A DNA stretch of 64,000 bases from Mustelus asterias (taxonomy: Eukaryota): assembly GCF_964213995.1 (NCBI RefSeq), contig NW_027590109.1, positions 434,001 through 498,000 on the forward strand. The letters run 5' to 3'. Position numbers and translations under genes: made by a program. The notes beneath the pieces were generated by a model. That model was not told where the DNA came from, did not search any database, and saw nothing but the letters and a program-made list of their open reading frames with translations. Below are positions 63,712 through 64,000 of the stretch, in pieces. Position 1 is the first letter of the stretch, and the number at the start of each line of letters is the position of its first letter.

Positions 63712-63987
63712 AAGTTTACTTATTAGCCACAAGTAGGCTTACGTTAACACTGCAATGAAGTTATTGCAAAAATCAGCCAGTCGCCACACTCCGGCACCTG
63801 TTTGAGTTCACTGAGGGAGAATTAAGCATGGCAATGCGCCTAATCAGCACATCTTTTAGACTTGGGAGGAAACCCACGCAGACACGGGTAGAACGTGCAG
63901 ACTCTGCACAGATAGCGACCCAAGCCGGGAATCGAACCCGGGTCACTGGAGCTGTGAGTCAGCAATGCTTACAAATGTGCCACCGTT
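63712..63987 (-). mobile_element. HE1-related SINE (alternative tail)
   Basis: aagtttacttattagccacaagtaggcttac..gggaatcgaacccgg..gtgccaccgt. Confidence 0.92.
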
Positions 63988-64000
63988 CCATCCGTGTCAT

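Noticed and set aside
59758-63732. Long Ser/Leu-rich ORFs (199, 156 and 198 aa)
   Set aside because: Products of CT/GA low-complexity tracts and the minisatellite.

Overview
Eukaryotic, repeat-dominated DNA, very probably from a shark (inferred from HE1-type V-SINEs and HER1/CR1-type LINEs). It contains no prokaryotic operon, rRNA, tRNA gene or CRISPR array. Most of the window is nested retroelement debris: many CR1 LINE copies (one young, 5'-truncated copy with a nearly intact ORF2 at 3431-6560), two Gmr1-like Gypsy internal regions in tandem, Penelope-like elements with GIY-YIG endonuclease and minimal hammerhead ribozymes, an endogenous retrovirus env relic, RTE/L2-like fragments and about 11 SINEs. 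The only convincing host gene piece is coding exon 1 of a GPR139/GPR142-like rhodopsin-family GPCR on the minus strand (17258-17492); I could not find its second exon in the window. The most interesting structures are a ~51-bp tandem array derived from one CR1 reverse-transcriptase motif, a candidate multi-helix RNA in an extended CR1 3' UTR, paired hammerheads in an inverted Penelope element, two inverted duplications and a SINE subfamily with a swapped 3' tail. Boundaries of decayed repeats were placed by eye and are approximate. No database searches or folding calculations were run.
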